Assembly (NCBI GenBank): GCA_038523235.1
Contig: JBCBJQ010000050.1
Coordinates: 1 to 40,727, forward strand
Length of the DNA stretch: 40,727 bases
From: Cyanobacteria bacterium J06626_4
GTDB taxonomy: Bacteria; Cyanobacteriota; Cyanobacteriia; Phormidesmidales; Phormidesmidaceae
Reading direction: 5' to 3'
Below the pieces are notes generated by a model, which was not told the DNA's origin, made no database searches, and worked only from the letters and a program-made list of their open reading frames with translations. Below, piece by piece: positions 8,883-17,187 of this stretch. A program made the position numbers and the translations under genes. Every line of letters begins with the position of its first letter. The first letter of the stretch is position 1.

Positions 8883-9179
8883 ATGACTTATCAAGCTGAC
8901 CCCGATCAGGATCAAGAACATCCGCAGTATCGTAAAGACCGCGCTGTCGTCAATCAGATCCTGTCCTCAGAAACGACGGACTACAATTTGGCGGAACTGG
9001 CCCGACTCACCATTCGCTACAAGGGGTTTCCGGGGGCCCGCGATATTCAACGCGATTTGGCGAAGGCACTCAAGCAGGTCGGCCTGACCGAAGAGGAGCT
9101 TTACGCCAAAGCCCGCAACCTGCATGCCGAAGGCGGCGTTTATCAAGACCTCGGTCGCAACCGCGAAGACTGGAGCTAG
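8883..9179 (+). CDS. DUF3288 family cyanobacterial protein
   Basis: QEHPQYRKDR, YNLAELARL.IRYKGFPGARDIQRDL, EDWS terminus. Confidence 0.85.
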   Translation: MTYQADPDQDQEHPQYRKDRAVVNQILSSETTDYNLAELARLTIRYKGFPGARDIQRDLAKALKQVGLTEEELYAKARNLHAEGGVYQDLGRNREDWS

Positions 9180-9349
9180 CGCTCTGTTTCTCCTGAAGCC
9201 AAAAGTGAAGGGATTAAGGTGCAGGGAAGGGCCTTGCCGCCAGCGATCCGGCGATTAAAAGTGTCTAAATCTGACTGCGGTTCGCTATACCTGATCGACA
9301 AGTTCACAGACTGCTTAAAACAGCACCATAATCATCGTCAGCAGTGGCC

Positions 9350-10486
9350 TTAGGCCACGCGCTGACCCTGCCGCCAGACGGATGTGACCCTGGGGGCGAC
9401 ACCATCGTGCTGGAGGGTGACCAAATCCGCTCGCTTGCCGATCGCTAAACTGCCGCGATCGCCCGCCAGACCGATCGCCTGAGCCGGATTAATGGTGAAC
9501 AGCCGCATGACTTTATACAGCGGCTGGGCCTGCTGTTGAGCAATGGTAAACATCGCCTGCAGTAGGCTTTGGGGCACATAGTCAGAGGAAATAATATCCA
9601 CCAGGCCCGCAGCAATCAGCTCCATCGCTGAAACATTGCCGGAGTGCGAACCGCCCAAAATGAGGTTGGGCGACCCCATCAACACCTTTAGACCCTGGCT
9701 ATGAGCGGCTTTAGCTGCGGCCAACGTAGTGGGAAATTCCGCAATTTTGGCCCCATCTTGCACCGCTTCTTGCACGTGCTCGGGGGTGGCGTCGTCGTGA
9801 CTGGCCAGGCAAATTTGGTGCTTAGCGGCCAGCTCGACCAGGGCGCGGCGATTGTCGACGGCGTGGTGCTGCTGGGCAGTGATGCGATCGCGAATAAAGT
9901 CGTCCATGGCTTCCGCCGTGACCCCATGCTTGCCCTGGTAATACTCCTTATACTTGTCAATCTGCACAAACTGCCGCTGGCCGGGGGTGTGATCCATCAG
10001 GGAGATCAGGGCTAAGAGCGGATGGTCGGCATAGGTCGCTGTGACCTCATGCACCTGGTTATAGCCCAGCTCACAGCGCAGGTGCAGGCGATGATCAACC
10101 GCTAAACGCCCGGCCAGTTGCCCCTCGTGAATGGCGCGAATCATCGGGTCAAACTGGGTCATCCGCATCGACGTGGGCGTAATATCCCCGACGGCGATCG
10201 CGTCGCACACCGTCGTAATGCCCGCTGCCGCCAGATCGCGATCGTGGTAGACCGCCGCCAGGGCAATCGGCCACTTGACCTTGGGGCGGGGCGCGAGGCG
10301 CTGCTCAAAGTTATCGGTGTGCAGCTCCACCAACCCCGGTAGCAAATACTGGCCGCCGCCATCTTGCCCCTGGGCGACCACCCCCGGCTGAATATCAGCG
10401 ATTAGCCCATCGCGCACCGTCAGCGTGCCGACCACCTCTTGATCGGGTAGCTGCAACCGATAATTTGTATAAACCTGTTCAGTCAT
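9350..10486 (-). CDS. phnM: Alpha-D-ribose 1-methylphosphonate 5-triphosphate diphosphatase
   Basis: PGLVELHTDN, LHLRCE, SLMDHTPGQRQF, ASHDD, AEFPTT, GSHSGNVSA, SSDYVP. Confidence 0.96.
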   Translation of the reverse strand: MTEQVYTNYRLQLPDQEVVGTLTVRDGLIADIQPGVVAQGQDGGGQYLLPGLVELHTDNFEQRLAPRPKVKWPIALAAVYHDRDLAAAGITTVCDAIAVGDITPTSMRMTQFDPMIRAIHEGQLAGRLAVDHRLHLRCELGYNQVHEVTATYADHPLLALISLMDHTPGQRQFVQIDKYKEYYQGKHGVTAEAMDDFIRDRITAQQHHAVDNRRALVELAAKHQICLASHDDATPEHVQEAVQDGAKIAEFPTTLAAAKAAHSQGLKVLMGSPNLILGGSHSGNVSAMELIAAGLVDIISSDYVPQSLLQAMFTIAQQQAQPLYKVMRLFTINPAQAIGLAGDRGSLAIGKRADLVTLQHDGVAPRVTSVWRQGQRVA

Positions 10487-10560
10487 GGCCGAAATATCCA
10501 GAAGTGTCACAGCGCGGTCAGGCCAGCAGCCGTAGCCTAGCCCTTGGGTTGAAAATTGTC

Positions 10561-10570
10561 TAGATGTCTA
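10561..10570. promoter_or_regulatory. Putative PhnF operator upstream of phnM
   Basis: TAGATGTCTA within GTCTAGATGTCTAG; 9/10 match to the TAGACGTCTA copies before phnC, phnF and phnG. Confidence 0.65.
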
Positions 10571-10678
10571 GGGCGAATCCCCCGTGCTCGCGATCGCACT
10601 TGCCAAACCATCTTGACGATGGCGACAAACCGGGCTCTGGATGCCGGGGAGAGATCGCAGTGTTATCCCCCTTAGCGA

Positions 10679-11041
10679 CTAGCGGATCACCATCTTCAGG
10701 CCCAACAGAATCATGGAGGTGCCAAAGGCCCGCCGCAAAAACTGTTCAGGCAAGTCGACGGCAAACTTGGCGCCGATGAGTCCGCCAAATACAAACCCCA
10801 GGCAAATGAAGCTCGCGGCTCGCACATCGATGTAGCCCTGTTCAAAATACGTCCACGCGCCTAGCAGCCCGATCGGGGGCACCAATAGGGCCAACGTCGT
10901 GCCCTGAGCATAATGTTGAGAAAATCCAAACAAGTAAACCAACGCCGGAGTGATCAAAACGCCGCCACCGATGCCAATTAGCCCGCTCAGCGTGCCCACC
11001 CCTAAGCCCAACAGCAGGAAAAGTGCCCATTCAAATCCCAT
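10679..11041 (-). CDS. Half-size sulfite exporter TauE/SafE (TSUP) family protein
   Basis: GLIGIGGGVLITPAL, SQHYAQGTTLA; 4 TM helices, 120 aa. Confidence 0.88.
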   Translation of the reverse strand: MGFEWALFLLLGLGVGTLSGLIGIGGGVLITPALVYLFGFSQHYAQGTTLALLVPPIGLLGAWTYFEQGYIDVRAASFICLGFVFGGLIGAKFAVDLPEQFLRRAFGTSMILLGLKMVIR

Positions 11042-11066
11042 AGGTCAGTCATCGCCCTAACGTGAA

Positions 11067-11894
11067 TTACACAAAATGGTTACGAATGCGCGCTGAAATC
11101 GTATCGATCACGCTGACAGTCACCACCAGAATGATCAAGATAGCGCAGACATTCTGATAGTTAAACGACCGGAAGTTTTGATAAAGCGTTACGCCAATGC
11201 CACCGGCACCGACAATGCCTAACACCGAGGCCGAACGCACATTCGCCTCAAACCGATAGAGGGTATAGGACGTCCATAAGGGAATCACTTGGGGAATGAC
11301 GCCAAAAATCACCTCTTGCACCTTGCTCGCCCCCGTCGCTCGAATGCCCTCTACTGGCCCCGGCTCAATTGATTCGATCGCCTCAGAAAACAGCTTGCCG
11401 AGGGTGCCTGCCGTGTGCACGAACAGCGCTAACACTCCGGCAAATGGCCCCAATCCGACCGCCACAATGAAAATGAGAGCAAACACCAGCTCATTGATCG
11501 CGCGCATCGCATCGAGCAGCCGCCGCACCGGAAACACAATCCAATTAGGGCAGATATTTTGCGAGGCCAAAATTGATAGCGGAATGGCGACAATCACCGC
11601 CAACAGCGTGCCCCAAATGCCCATGGCAATGGTTTCAATGGTGGCGGCGAAGTAATTGACCCAGCGGGTGAAATCGGGCGGGAAGAATTTGGCGATCAAG
11701 TTGGCCATCGAGCCGATTCCCTCAAACAGCTCGACAAAGCTCAAATCGCTGACCATGCCCGAGTAGACCAAGACGCCCAAGGTCACGATCACCCCCAGAA
11801 TCGTCCAGGGCGTCCAGACCGGTTTGGATTGTGACAGCACTCGATGGACTTCAGGTGAGTAGGTCGGCGAGTGAACGGAGACAGTTGGGGGCAT
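11067..11894 (-). CDS. phnE: Phosphonate ABC transporter permease
   Basis: GLGPFAGVLAL, GKLFSEAIE, EGIRATGAS, YRFEANVRSASVLGIVGAGGIG. Confidence 0.96.
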   Translation of the reverse strand: MPPTVSVHSPTYSPEVHRVLSQSKPVWTPWTILGVIVTLGVLVYSGMVSDLSFVELFEGIGSMANLIAKFFPPDFTRWVNYFAATIETIAMGIWGTLLAVIVAIPLSILASQNICPNWIVFPVRRLLDAMRAINELVFALIFIVAVGLGPFAGVLALFVHTAGTLGKLFSEAIESIEPGPVEGIRATGASKVQEVIFGVIPQVIPLWTSYTLYRFEANVRSASVLGIVGAGGIGVTLYQNFRSFNYQNVCAILIILVVTVSVIDTISARIRNHFV

Positions 11895-12099
11895 GGTGAA
11901 ACTATTAAAGACGGTTAATCAGAGGCCGACGCGGTAAGGCAAGTTCAAGCTCAGGGCGATCGCGGCAAATAGGAGCAGCATCCCCTTCAAGAAGGGCCAG
12001 ACCCGATGGCCTGCAGCGGTCGCAGGTCGAGACTGAACCCTGTCAGATGGGGATTTTATCCCAGTTTTACGAATTACAGCTACACAGACAAGTCGGCGT

Positions 12100-12135
12100 C
12101 GACTCCGCTCAGCCGACGTTCCTTGAGCGGAGTCG
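12100..12135. repeat. REP-like palindrome CGACTCCGCTCA...TGAGCGGAGTCG
   Basis: Perfect 12-bp inverted repeat with 12-nt loop between phnD and phnE. Confidence 0.65.
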
Positions 12136-12281
12136 TTGGCGCAGCCTTCCCACAGGGAATAAGGAAGATCTGGAGCCCAGTTTCAGAGAATTGATATTAG
12201 CTATTTGAAGTGAACCAGCCACTACAGACCGCTTGCTAGAGGCTAACGGCCTGCAGTGACCGCTCCACGGAGATCACCGTA

Positions 12282-12349
12282 AGCAGCCAGAAGTATGGCC
12301 CAATGGCTGGCTTCTGGCTGCTCGCAGCGTCAAGACAGTTAAGTCTTGA
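12282..12349 (-). terminator. Stem-loops 3' of phnD (mRNA stabiliser or attenuator)
   Basis: AGCAGCCAGAAG/CTTCTGGCTGCT (12282-12322) and TCAAGAC/GTCTTGA (12330-12349); no clear U-tract. Confidence 0.45.
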
Positions 12350-12367
12350 TCGCCTTGCTGAATTGCC

Positions 12368-13429
12368 TTAAAGATCAGCTAACTCCTTTTCTAACTCTTC
12401 GAGCTTGGCCGCTTTGTCGGTTTCACTCATAGCCGTGTCGTTCTTGGTTTCTTCCATCTGTCGGGCAATATCCAGCTCGCGAATGGGGTTCCAGTCGGCA
12501 TCCACCGCTGGGTCAAAGCCCGCCCAGTCGAGCGGCCCCAACACCGACTCGTCGTCAATGTTTTCAAAGAAGTCTGCAAACTCAGCTTTCAGACAGTCAG
12601 GAATGTCGGTCTGATAAGCGATGGGGTCACTCGGGATGAGCGGTGAAGTCCAAATAATTTGCACTTGCTCAAACGCTTCCGCATCGGTTTCTTGCAGTCG
12701 CGACATTGACTCGCTGTTGTTAGTGGCGACATCAACCTGGTCGTTGGCCACCGCCTGAGCGGTCGCTTCGTGACTACCAGCAAACAGCAGCTCGCTGAAA
12801 GCATCTTCGGGGTTGACGCCGTTTTGCGCGAATACATAGTAGCTGGGCACCAAAAAGCCCGAGGTCGAGTTGGGGTCATTAAAGGCAAAGGTCAAATCGC
12901 CCGCATTCTCAATCACATACTGATCGCCATCGCCCGCTTCGAGATCGATATCTTGCACGATGGGATTTTCGGTGTTGGTAATCAGGTGCGCGTAATAGCC
13001 TTTCGAACCATCGCTGGCGACGGTTTGCACAAAGACTTCCGCCCCCGATCGCGCCGCCGCTTCGATATAAGATTTGCCGCCGTACCAAGCAATCTGGATT
13101 TTGCCAGCGCCCATGGCTTCAATCACGCCCGCATAGTCGGTTGCGTAAAAGCCGTTGACCGGACGACCCATGTCTTCCGACATTTTGGCCAAAAAGGGCT
13201 CCCAGAGCTCTTCCAGATTTTCCTGAGATTCCGTGGAAATGATGCCAAAGTCGATTTCGGCTAGTTCCGGCGCACAGACGCCACCTTCTGCAGTGGCCTC
13301 TGTCGTCTCATCAGCGGTCGGATCAGCCGCCTCCTCGGTGGGGGTGCTGCTGCAGCTAGCAATAATCGCCGTCCCGACCAAAGCTAAGGTCAAGCAAGCC
13401 GACCAGCGCGTTAAAACAGAAGTTGTCAT
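12368..13429 (-). CDS. phnD: Phosphonate ABC transporter substrate-binding lipoprotein
   Basis: Lipobox IASC; DFGIISTES, ATDYAGVIEAM, DPNSTSGFLVP, GSHE, ATNN resemble E. coli-type PhnD. Confidence 0.95.
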   Translation of the reverse strand: MTTSVLTRWSACLTLALVGTAIIASCSSTPTEEAADPTADETTEATAEGGVCAPELAEIDFGIISTESQENLEELWEPFLAKMSEDMGRPVNGFYATDYAGVIEAMGAGKIQIAWYGGKSYIEAAARSGAEVFVQTVASDGSKGYYAHLITNTENPIVQDIDLEAGDGDQYVIENAGDLTFAFNDPNSTSGFLVPSYYVFAQNGVNPEDAFSELLFAGSHEATAQAVANDQVDVATNNSESMSRLQETDAEAFEQVQIIWTSPLIPSDPIAYQTDIPDCLKAEFADFFENIDDESVLGPLDWAGFDPAVDADWNPIRELDIARQMEETKNDTAMSETDKAAKLEELEKELADL

Positions 13430-13539
13430 CGTAAATCCTCAGACTAAATGTCAACAAACAGGAACCGTTAACAGAAGCACTAGACATTCGGAAACTCAAA
13501 CATTGGGCCTGGTCTGGCGGCCACCGACGCGGGCTCCAA

Positions 13540-14370
13540 TCAGCGGGAAGAGGCCGTAAACATCTCCGCGTGACCGCTCAGTACTAACTCTTCGGCAGCC
13601 GCGCCATAGATCTCGTTCAGCCGGTGATTATTTAGGTCAACGGTGGGGCCGTCAAACCGGACCTCACCGTCTCGCAGCGCTACCGCCCGATTAAAGTACT
13701 GACGCACCATCTGCACCTGATGCAGCGACGTCACTACCGTGATGCCGGCATCTTCGTTGAGACGCACCAGCAATTCCATCACCTTGCGGGCTGACTCAGG
13801 GTCTAAGGAGGCAATCGGCTCGTCAGCCAGAATGATTTGTGCCCCCTGCATCAAACAGCGGGCGATCGCGACTCGCTGCTGCTGCCCGCCCGAGAGCGCC
13901 GCCGCCCGCTTGTAGGCCTGCTCTAAAATACCCACTCGCTCTAACGCCGCCAAGGCCTGCAGCTTCTCGGCTTGAGAGAAGTGGTGGAAGAGCGATCGCC
14001 CCAGAGAAACCTTGGACAGGTTGCCGACCAGTACGTTCTCTAAAACCGTGAGCCGATTAACCAGATTGAACTGCTGAAAGATAAAGCCCACGCGGCTACG
14101 CAGCTGCCGCGCCTTAGAATGTAGTCGGCCATCAACTTGCAGGGGGCTGCCAAAAATCTCGACGCTTCCCTGATCGGCCATTTGCAGACCGTTGATGTTG
14201 CGCAGCAAAGTTGATTTGCCGGAGCCAGAGGCCCCCACGAGGGCGACCCGCTCACCCGTGCCGACTTGCAGAGCCACCCCTTGCAGAGCCGCCACTCCCC
14301 GGAACGATTTAGATAAACGCTCAACTAAAACAGCGGGCTGATGGGGGGAAACATCCATTGAAATCTCCAT
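13540..14370 (-). CDS. phnC: Phosphonate ABC transporter ATP-binding protein
   Basis: Walker A GASGSGKST, LSGGQQQRVAIAR, ADEPIASLDPES. Confidence 0.96.
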   Translation of the reverse strand: MEISMDVSPHQPAVLVERLSKSFRGVAALQGVALQVGTGERVALVGASGSGKSTLLRNINGLQMADQGSVEIFGSPLQVDGRLHSKARQLRSRVGFIFQQFNLVNRLTVLENVLVGNLSKVSLGRSLFHHFSQAEKLQALAALERVGILEQAYKRAAALSGGQQQRVAIARCLMQGAQIILADEPIASLDPESARKVMELLVRLNEDAGITVVTSLHQVQMVRQYFNRAVALRDGEVRFDGPTVDLNNHRLNEIYGAAAEELVLSGHAEMFTASSR

Positions 14371-14460
14371 GACTGCTCAAATCACCTGCCTCAGCTTAAC
14401 CGAGTTCTAAACCGCCACAATGCCCTGCTACAGACCTTCCTGGACGCTGACTTAGAAAGC

Positions 14461-14470
14461 TAGACGTCTA
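14461..14470. promoter_or_regulatory. Putative PhnF operator upstream of phnC
   Basis: Perfect palindrome TAGACGTCTA. Confidence 0.7.
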
Positions 14471-14536
14471 TACATGAAGGAATGCAATTGAACAGTTCAC
14501 ATTGTTGGGGGTAGGACTTAAGAGCAGATGCACAGC

Positions 14537-14566
14537 ACATTAACTTCCTGTGAAAGTTGGTTTAAG
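14537..14566 (-). promoter_or_regulatory. Possible degenerate SphR Pho box upstream of phnC
   Basis: Minus strand CTTAAACC-aac-TTTCACAG-gaa-GTTAATGT: three 8-mers at 11-bp period resembling YTTAAYYW, with several mismatches. Confidence 0.4.
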
Positions 14567-14611
14567 GAAAGGGCTGTGAATCAGGTCATGAGCGCTTGCG
14601 GCAGCGGTGGC

Positions 14612-15331
14612 TCACCCTTCATTTTCGATCACAAGCTCCATGCGATCGCCCCGAAAGCGGGTGACGCCGTATTCGATGACGATGCCTTTTTGATTGATAT
14701 TGATCGACTCTGACAGCAAAATCGGCTTCGTAGCGGGCATGCGCAACAGGCGCGCATCGGGCACGCGTGCTAACCGTGCCGAGAGCCGGGTGGACTGGCG
14801 AATGTGATCGCAGCCGTATTCGGTCTGCAGCATCAGTGAAATTGAGCGATAGCTCTGGCAATGGGCCGCCAACCCCGGAAAATGAGCGCTCGGGAAGTAG
14901 CTGCTGGCAAGGTTGAGGGGCACTTCATCCGTGAGTGTCAAGCGCTCGTACAGCACGACCGGATCGCCAACCGACAGTTCTAGCTGCTTGGCGAGCTGAT
15001 GGTCAGCGGTAATTTCAGCCACCTGCAGGACTTGCGATTGGGGCTGCAAAGATTGTGCTTTCAGCGATTCGTTAAACCGCACACGGCGGCCAATCGGCAT
15101 GGTGATGGGGGCCGACACCACAAAGGTGCCCCGCCCGCGCTCAACATCGACGATGCCCTCCTGGCGCAGCACCTCCATGGCGCGCCGCAGGGTGTGACGG
15201 TTGACCCCAAAGCGTTCACTCAATTCGGCTTCGGTGGGGAGGCGATCGCCCACCCGAAAGAGGGATTCTTGAATGTTTTGACGCAGCTCATCGGCAATCT
15301 GCAGATAGAGCGGCAAGGCTTCTTGACTCAT
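14612..15331 (-). CDS. phnF: Phosphonate metabolism regulator, GntR/HutC family
   Basis: RLPTEAELSERFGVNRHTLRRA, RGRGTFV, C-terminal UTRA domain ending TRFRGDRMEL. Confidence 0.93.
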   Translation of the reverse strand: MSQEALPLYLQIADELRQNIQESLFRVGDRLPTEAELSERFGVNRHTLRRAMEVLRQEGIVDVERGRGTFVVSAPITMPIGRRVRFNESLKAQSLQPQSQVLQVAEITADHQLAKQLELSVGDPVVLYERLTLTDEVPLNLASSYFPSAHFPGLAAHCQSYRSISLMLQTEYGCDHIRQSTRLSARLARVPDARLLRMPATKPILLSESININQKGIVIEYGVTRFRGDRMELVIENEG

Positions 15332-15388
15332 CAGCGGCGATGGCAGAATGACGAGCAGGCTCTAGCCTACAGTCACCCACGCAGAGAA

Positions 15389-15398
15389 TAGACGTCTA
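15389..15398. promoter_or_regulatory. Putative PhnF operator upstream of phnF
   Basis: Perfect palindrome TAGACGTCTA. Confidence 0.7.
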
Positions 15399-15542
15399 CC
15401 TACAGACTCTAACCTCTCAAGCTGGCGCTCTCACACCGGAATCTCCCTTGAAAAAGTTAATTTATCCACTGTCGACCTGTTGTTTGGGTGACATCCATCC
15501 GGTGTTTGGCTGTTTTAGAATGAAACAAAACCGATAAATTCA

Positions 15543-15556
15543 TCTAGACGTCTAGA
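15543..15556. promoter_or_regulatory. Putative PhnF operator upstream of phnG
   Basis: Extended palindrome TCTAGACGTCTAGA, 20 bp before the phnG ATG. Confidence 0.75.
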
Positions 15557-15576
15557 CTAATTGTTGCGCTCATTTT

Positions 15577-16044
15577 ATGGTGAATTCTGCTGCTTCCCCG
15601 GCCCGAGCGGCTTGGATAGCGACTCTGGCAAAAGCGCCTTTAGCTCTTTTGGAGGAGTGTCTCAGGACGCTCGGGCCGCTCCCGAGCTATCAACTGCTCC
15701 GACCGCCGGAAACGGGGCTGGCCATGGTGCGAGGCCGATCCGAGGGTACGGGTGACCCGTTTAACCTGGGGGAGATGACCTTGACTCGGTGCGTGGTGCA
15801 AATCGTTCAGTCTGATCACCCTGTGATCGCGGGTTTTGGCTACGTGGCAGGGCGCTCTCATCGCCATGCGGAGCTGGCGGCGCTGTGTGATGCCCTGCTG
15901 CAGCATGACGGCTGGGCTGCAGGCGTTCACGCTCAGGTGCTGGCACCGCTGCAGGCGGCGGCCCAGACCCAGCAAGCGGCGGCAGCCGCCCAAACCGAAG
16001 CGACGCGGGTCAACTTTTTCACCCTCAAGCGAGGCGAGAGTTAG
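15577..16044 (+). CDS. phnG: C-P lyase subunit PhnG
   Basis: PETGLAMVRGR, FNLGEMTLTRC, GYVAGR, ATRVNFFTLKRGE. Confidence 0.96.
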   Translation: MVNSAASPARAAWIATLAKAPLALLEECLRTLGPLPSYQLLRPPETGLAMVRGRSEGTGDPFNLGEMTLTRCVVQIVQSDHPVIAGFGYVAGRSHRHAELAALCDALLQHDGWAAGVHAQVLAPLQAAAQTQQAAAAAQTEATRVNFFTLKRGES

Positions 16045-16047
16045 TCG

Positions 16048-16653
16048 ATGTTGACCCAGCTGCCCGGCTTTGCCGATCCCGTTCACGACAGCCAACAGAC
16101 CTTTCGCGCTTTGCTCGATGCCCTGGCGCAGCCGGGTCTGTGCCAAACCACGGTGGCAGTTGCCCCCCCCGCTGGGTTGACTCCCAGCTGTGCCGCCGCG
16201 GCGCTGACCCTGCTCGATCTAGAGACGACCGTGTGGCTGCAGCCCGGCCTACCGCAGGCGGTGTCGGACTGGCTGCTGTTTCACACCGGCTGTCAATTCA
16301 CAGAGGCCCCTCAAGCTGCCGACTTTGCCCTGATTGAGCAGATGGCCACCGCCCCGCCTCTGACCGCGTTTGGCTGGGGCAGTCCCGAATATCCGGAGGC
16401 GTCCACGTCCTTGCTGGTGCAGCTACCGGCGCTGCAGGGCGGTCGCCCAGTTACCCTACAGGGGCCAGGCATTTTGGCCGAGCGGGCGATCGCCCTGCCG
16501 GTACCCCACGACTTTTGGTCGCAGTGGCAAGCGATGACGAGCCGCTACCCCCTTGGGGTCGATAGCTGGTGGTTGAGCGGCGATCAGGTGTTGGGGTTGC
16601 CGCGCACCACACGTCTGCAAACGCTAGAGGTCGAGAAGGAGATGAGCGCATGA
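16048..16653 (+). CDS. phnH: C-P lyase subunit PhnH
   Basis: PGFADPVHDSQQTFRALLDALAQPG, GSPEYPEASTSL, LQGPGI, YPLGVD, GLPRTT. Confidence 0.95.
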   Translation: MLTQLPGFADPVHDSQQTFRALLDALAQPGLCQTTVAVAPPAGLTPSCAAAALTLLDLETTVWLQPGLPQAVSDWLLFHTGCQFTEAPQAADFALIEQMATAPPLTAFGWGSPEYPEASTSLLVQLPALQGGRPVTLQGPGILAERAIALPVPHDFWSQWQAMTSRYPLGVDSWWLSGDQVLGLPRTTRLQTLEVEKEMSA

Positions 16654-17159
16654 CCCCAGCGTCGTCCCCGACCCTGCAGATGCGGGTGGCCGACGTGGCC
16701 GACCTGCCCGCCGTGCTGCGGCTGTATCAGCAGCCTGACCTTGATCAGGGGCAGGCGCTGTCGCTAGCAGCCGCCACTCAACTGTTTGAGAAAATTCAGC
16801 AGTATCCCAGCTATCGGCTGGTGGTGGCCGAGTTGTCAGAGCACATTGTCGGCACCTTGATGCTGCTCGTAATGGATAACCTGTTGCATCGGGGCACGCC
16901 GACGGCCATTGTCGAAGCGGTGGCCGTTGATCCGCAGTGTCAGGGGCAGGGCATCGGTCGCCAAATGATGCAGTGGGCCATGGCCGAAGCCCATCGGGCG
17001 GGCTGTTACAAGCTGGTGCTGTCGTCGAATCAGCGCCGCGATCGCGCCCATGCGTTTTATGAGTCTTTAGGGTTTACGCGTCACGGCTACAGTTTTTGCG
17101 TGGCGCTGGATGACGATGCCCCAGCGGTTCCTGCCGCGCCAGCTTCAACGTCTCCATAG
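16650..17159 (+). CDS. GNAT acetyltransferase, probable PhnO-like aminoalkylphosphonate N-acetyltransferase
   Basis: VEAVAVDPQCQGQGIG, LSSNQRRDRAHAFYESLGF; ATGA overlap with the phnH stop. Confidence 0.75.
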   Translation: MTPASSPTLQMRVADVADLPAVLRLYQQPDLDQGQALSLAAATQLFEKIQQYPSYRLVVAELSEHIVGTLMLLVMDNLLHRGTPTAIVEAVAVDPQCQGQGIGRQMMQWAMAEAHRAGCYKLVLSSNQRRDRAHAFYESLGFTRHGYSFCVALDDDAPAVPAAPASTSP

Positions 17160-17187
17160 TCAGCTAGCAGATTACTGAGAGGATTTC

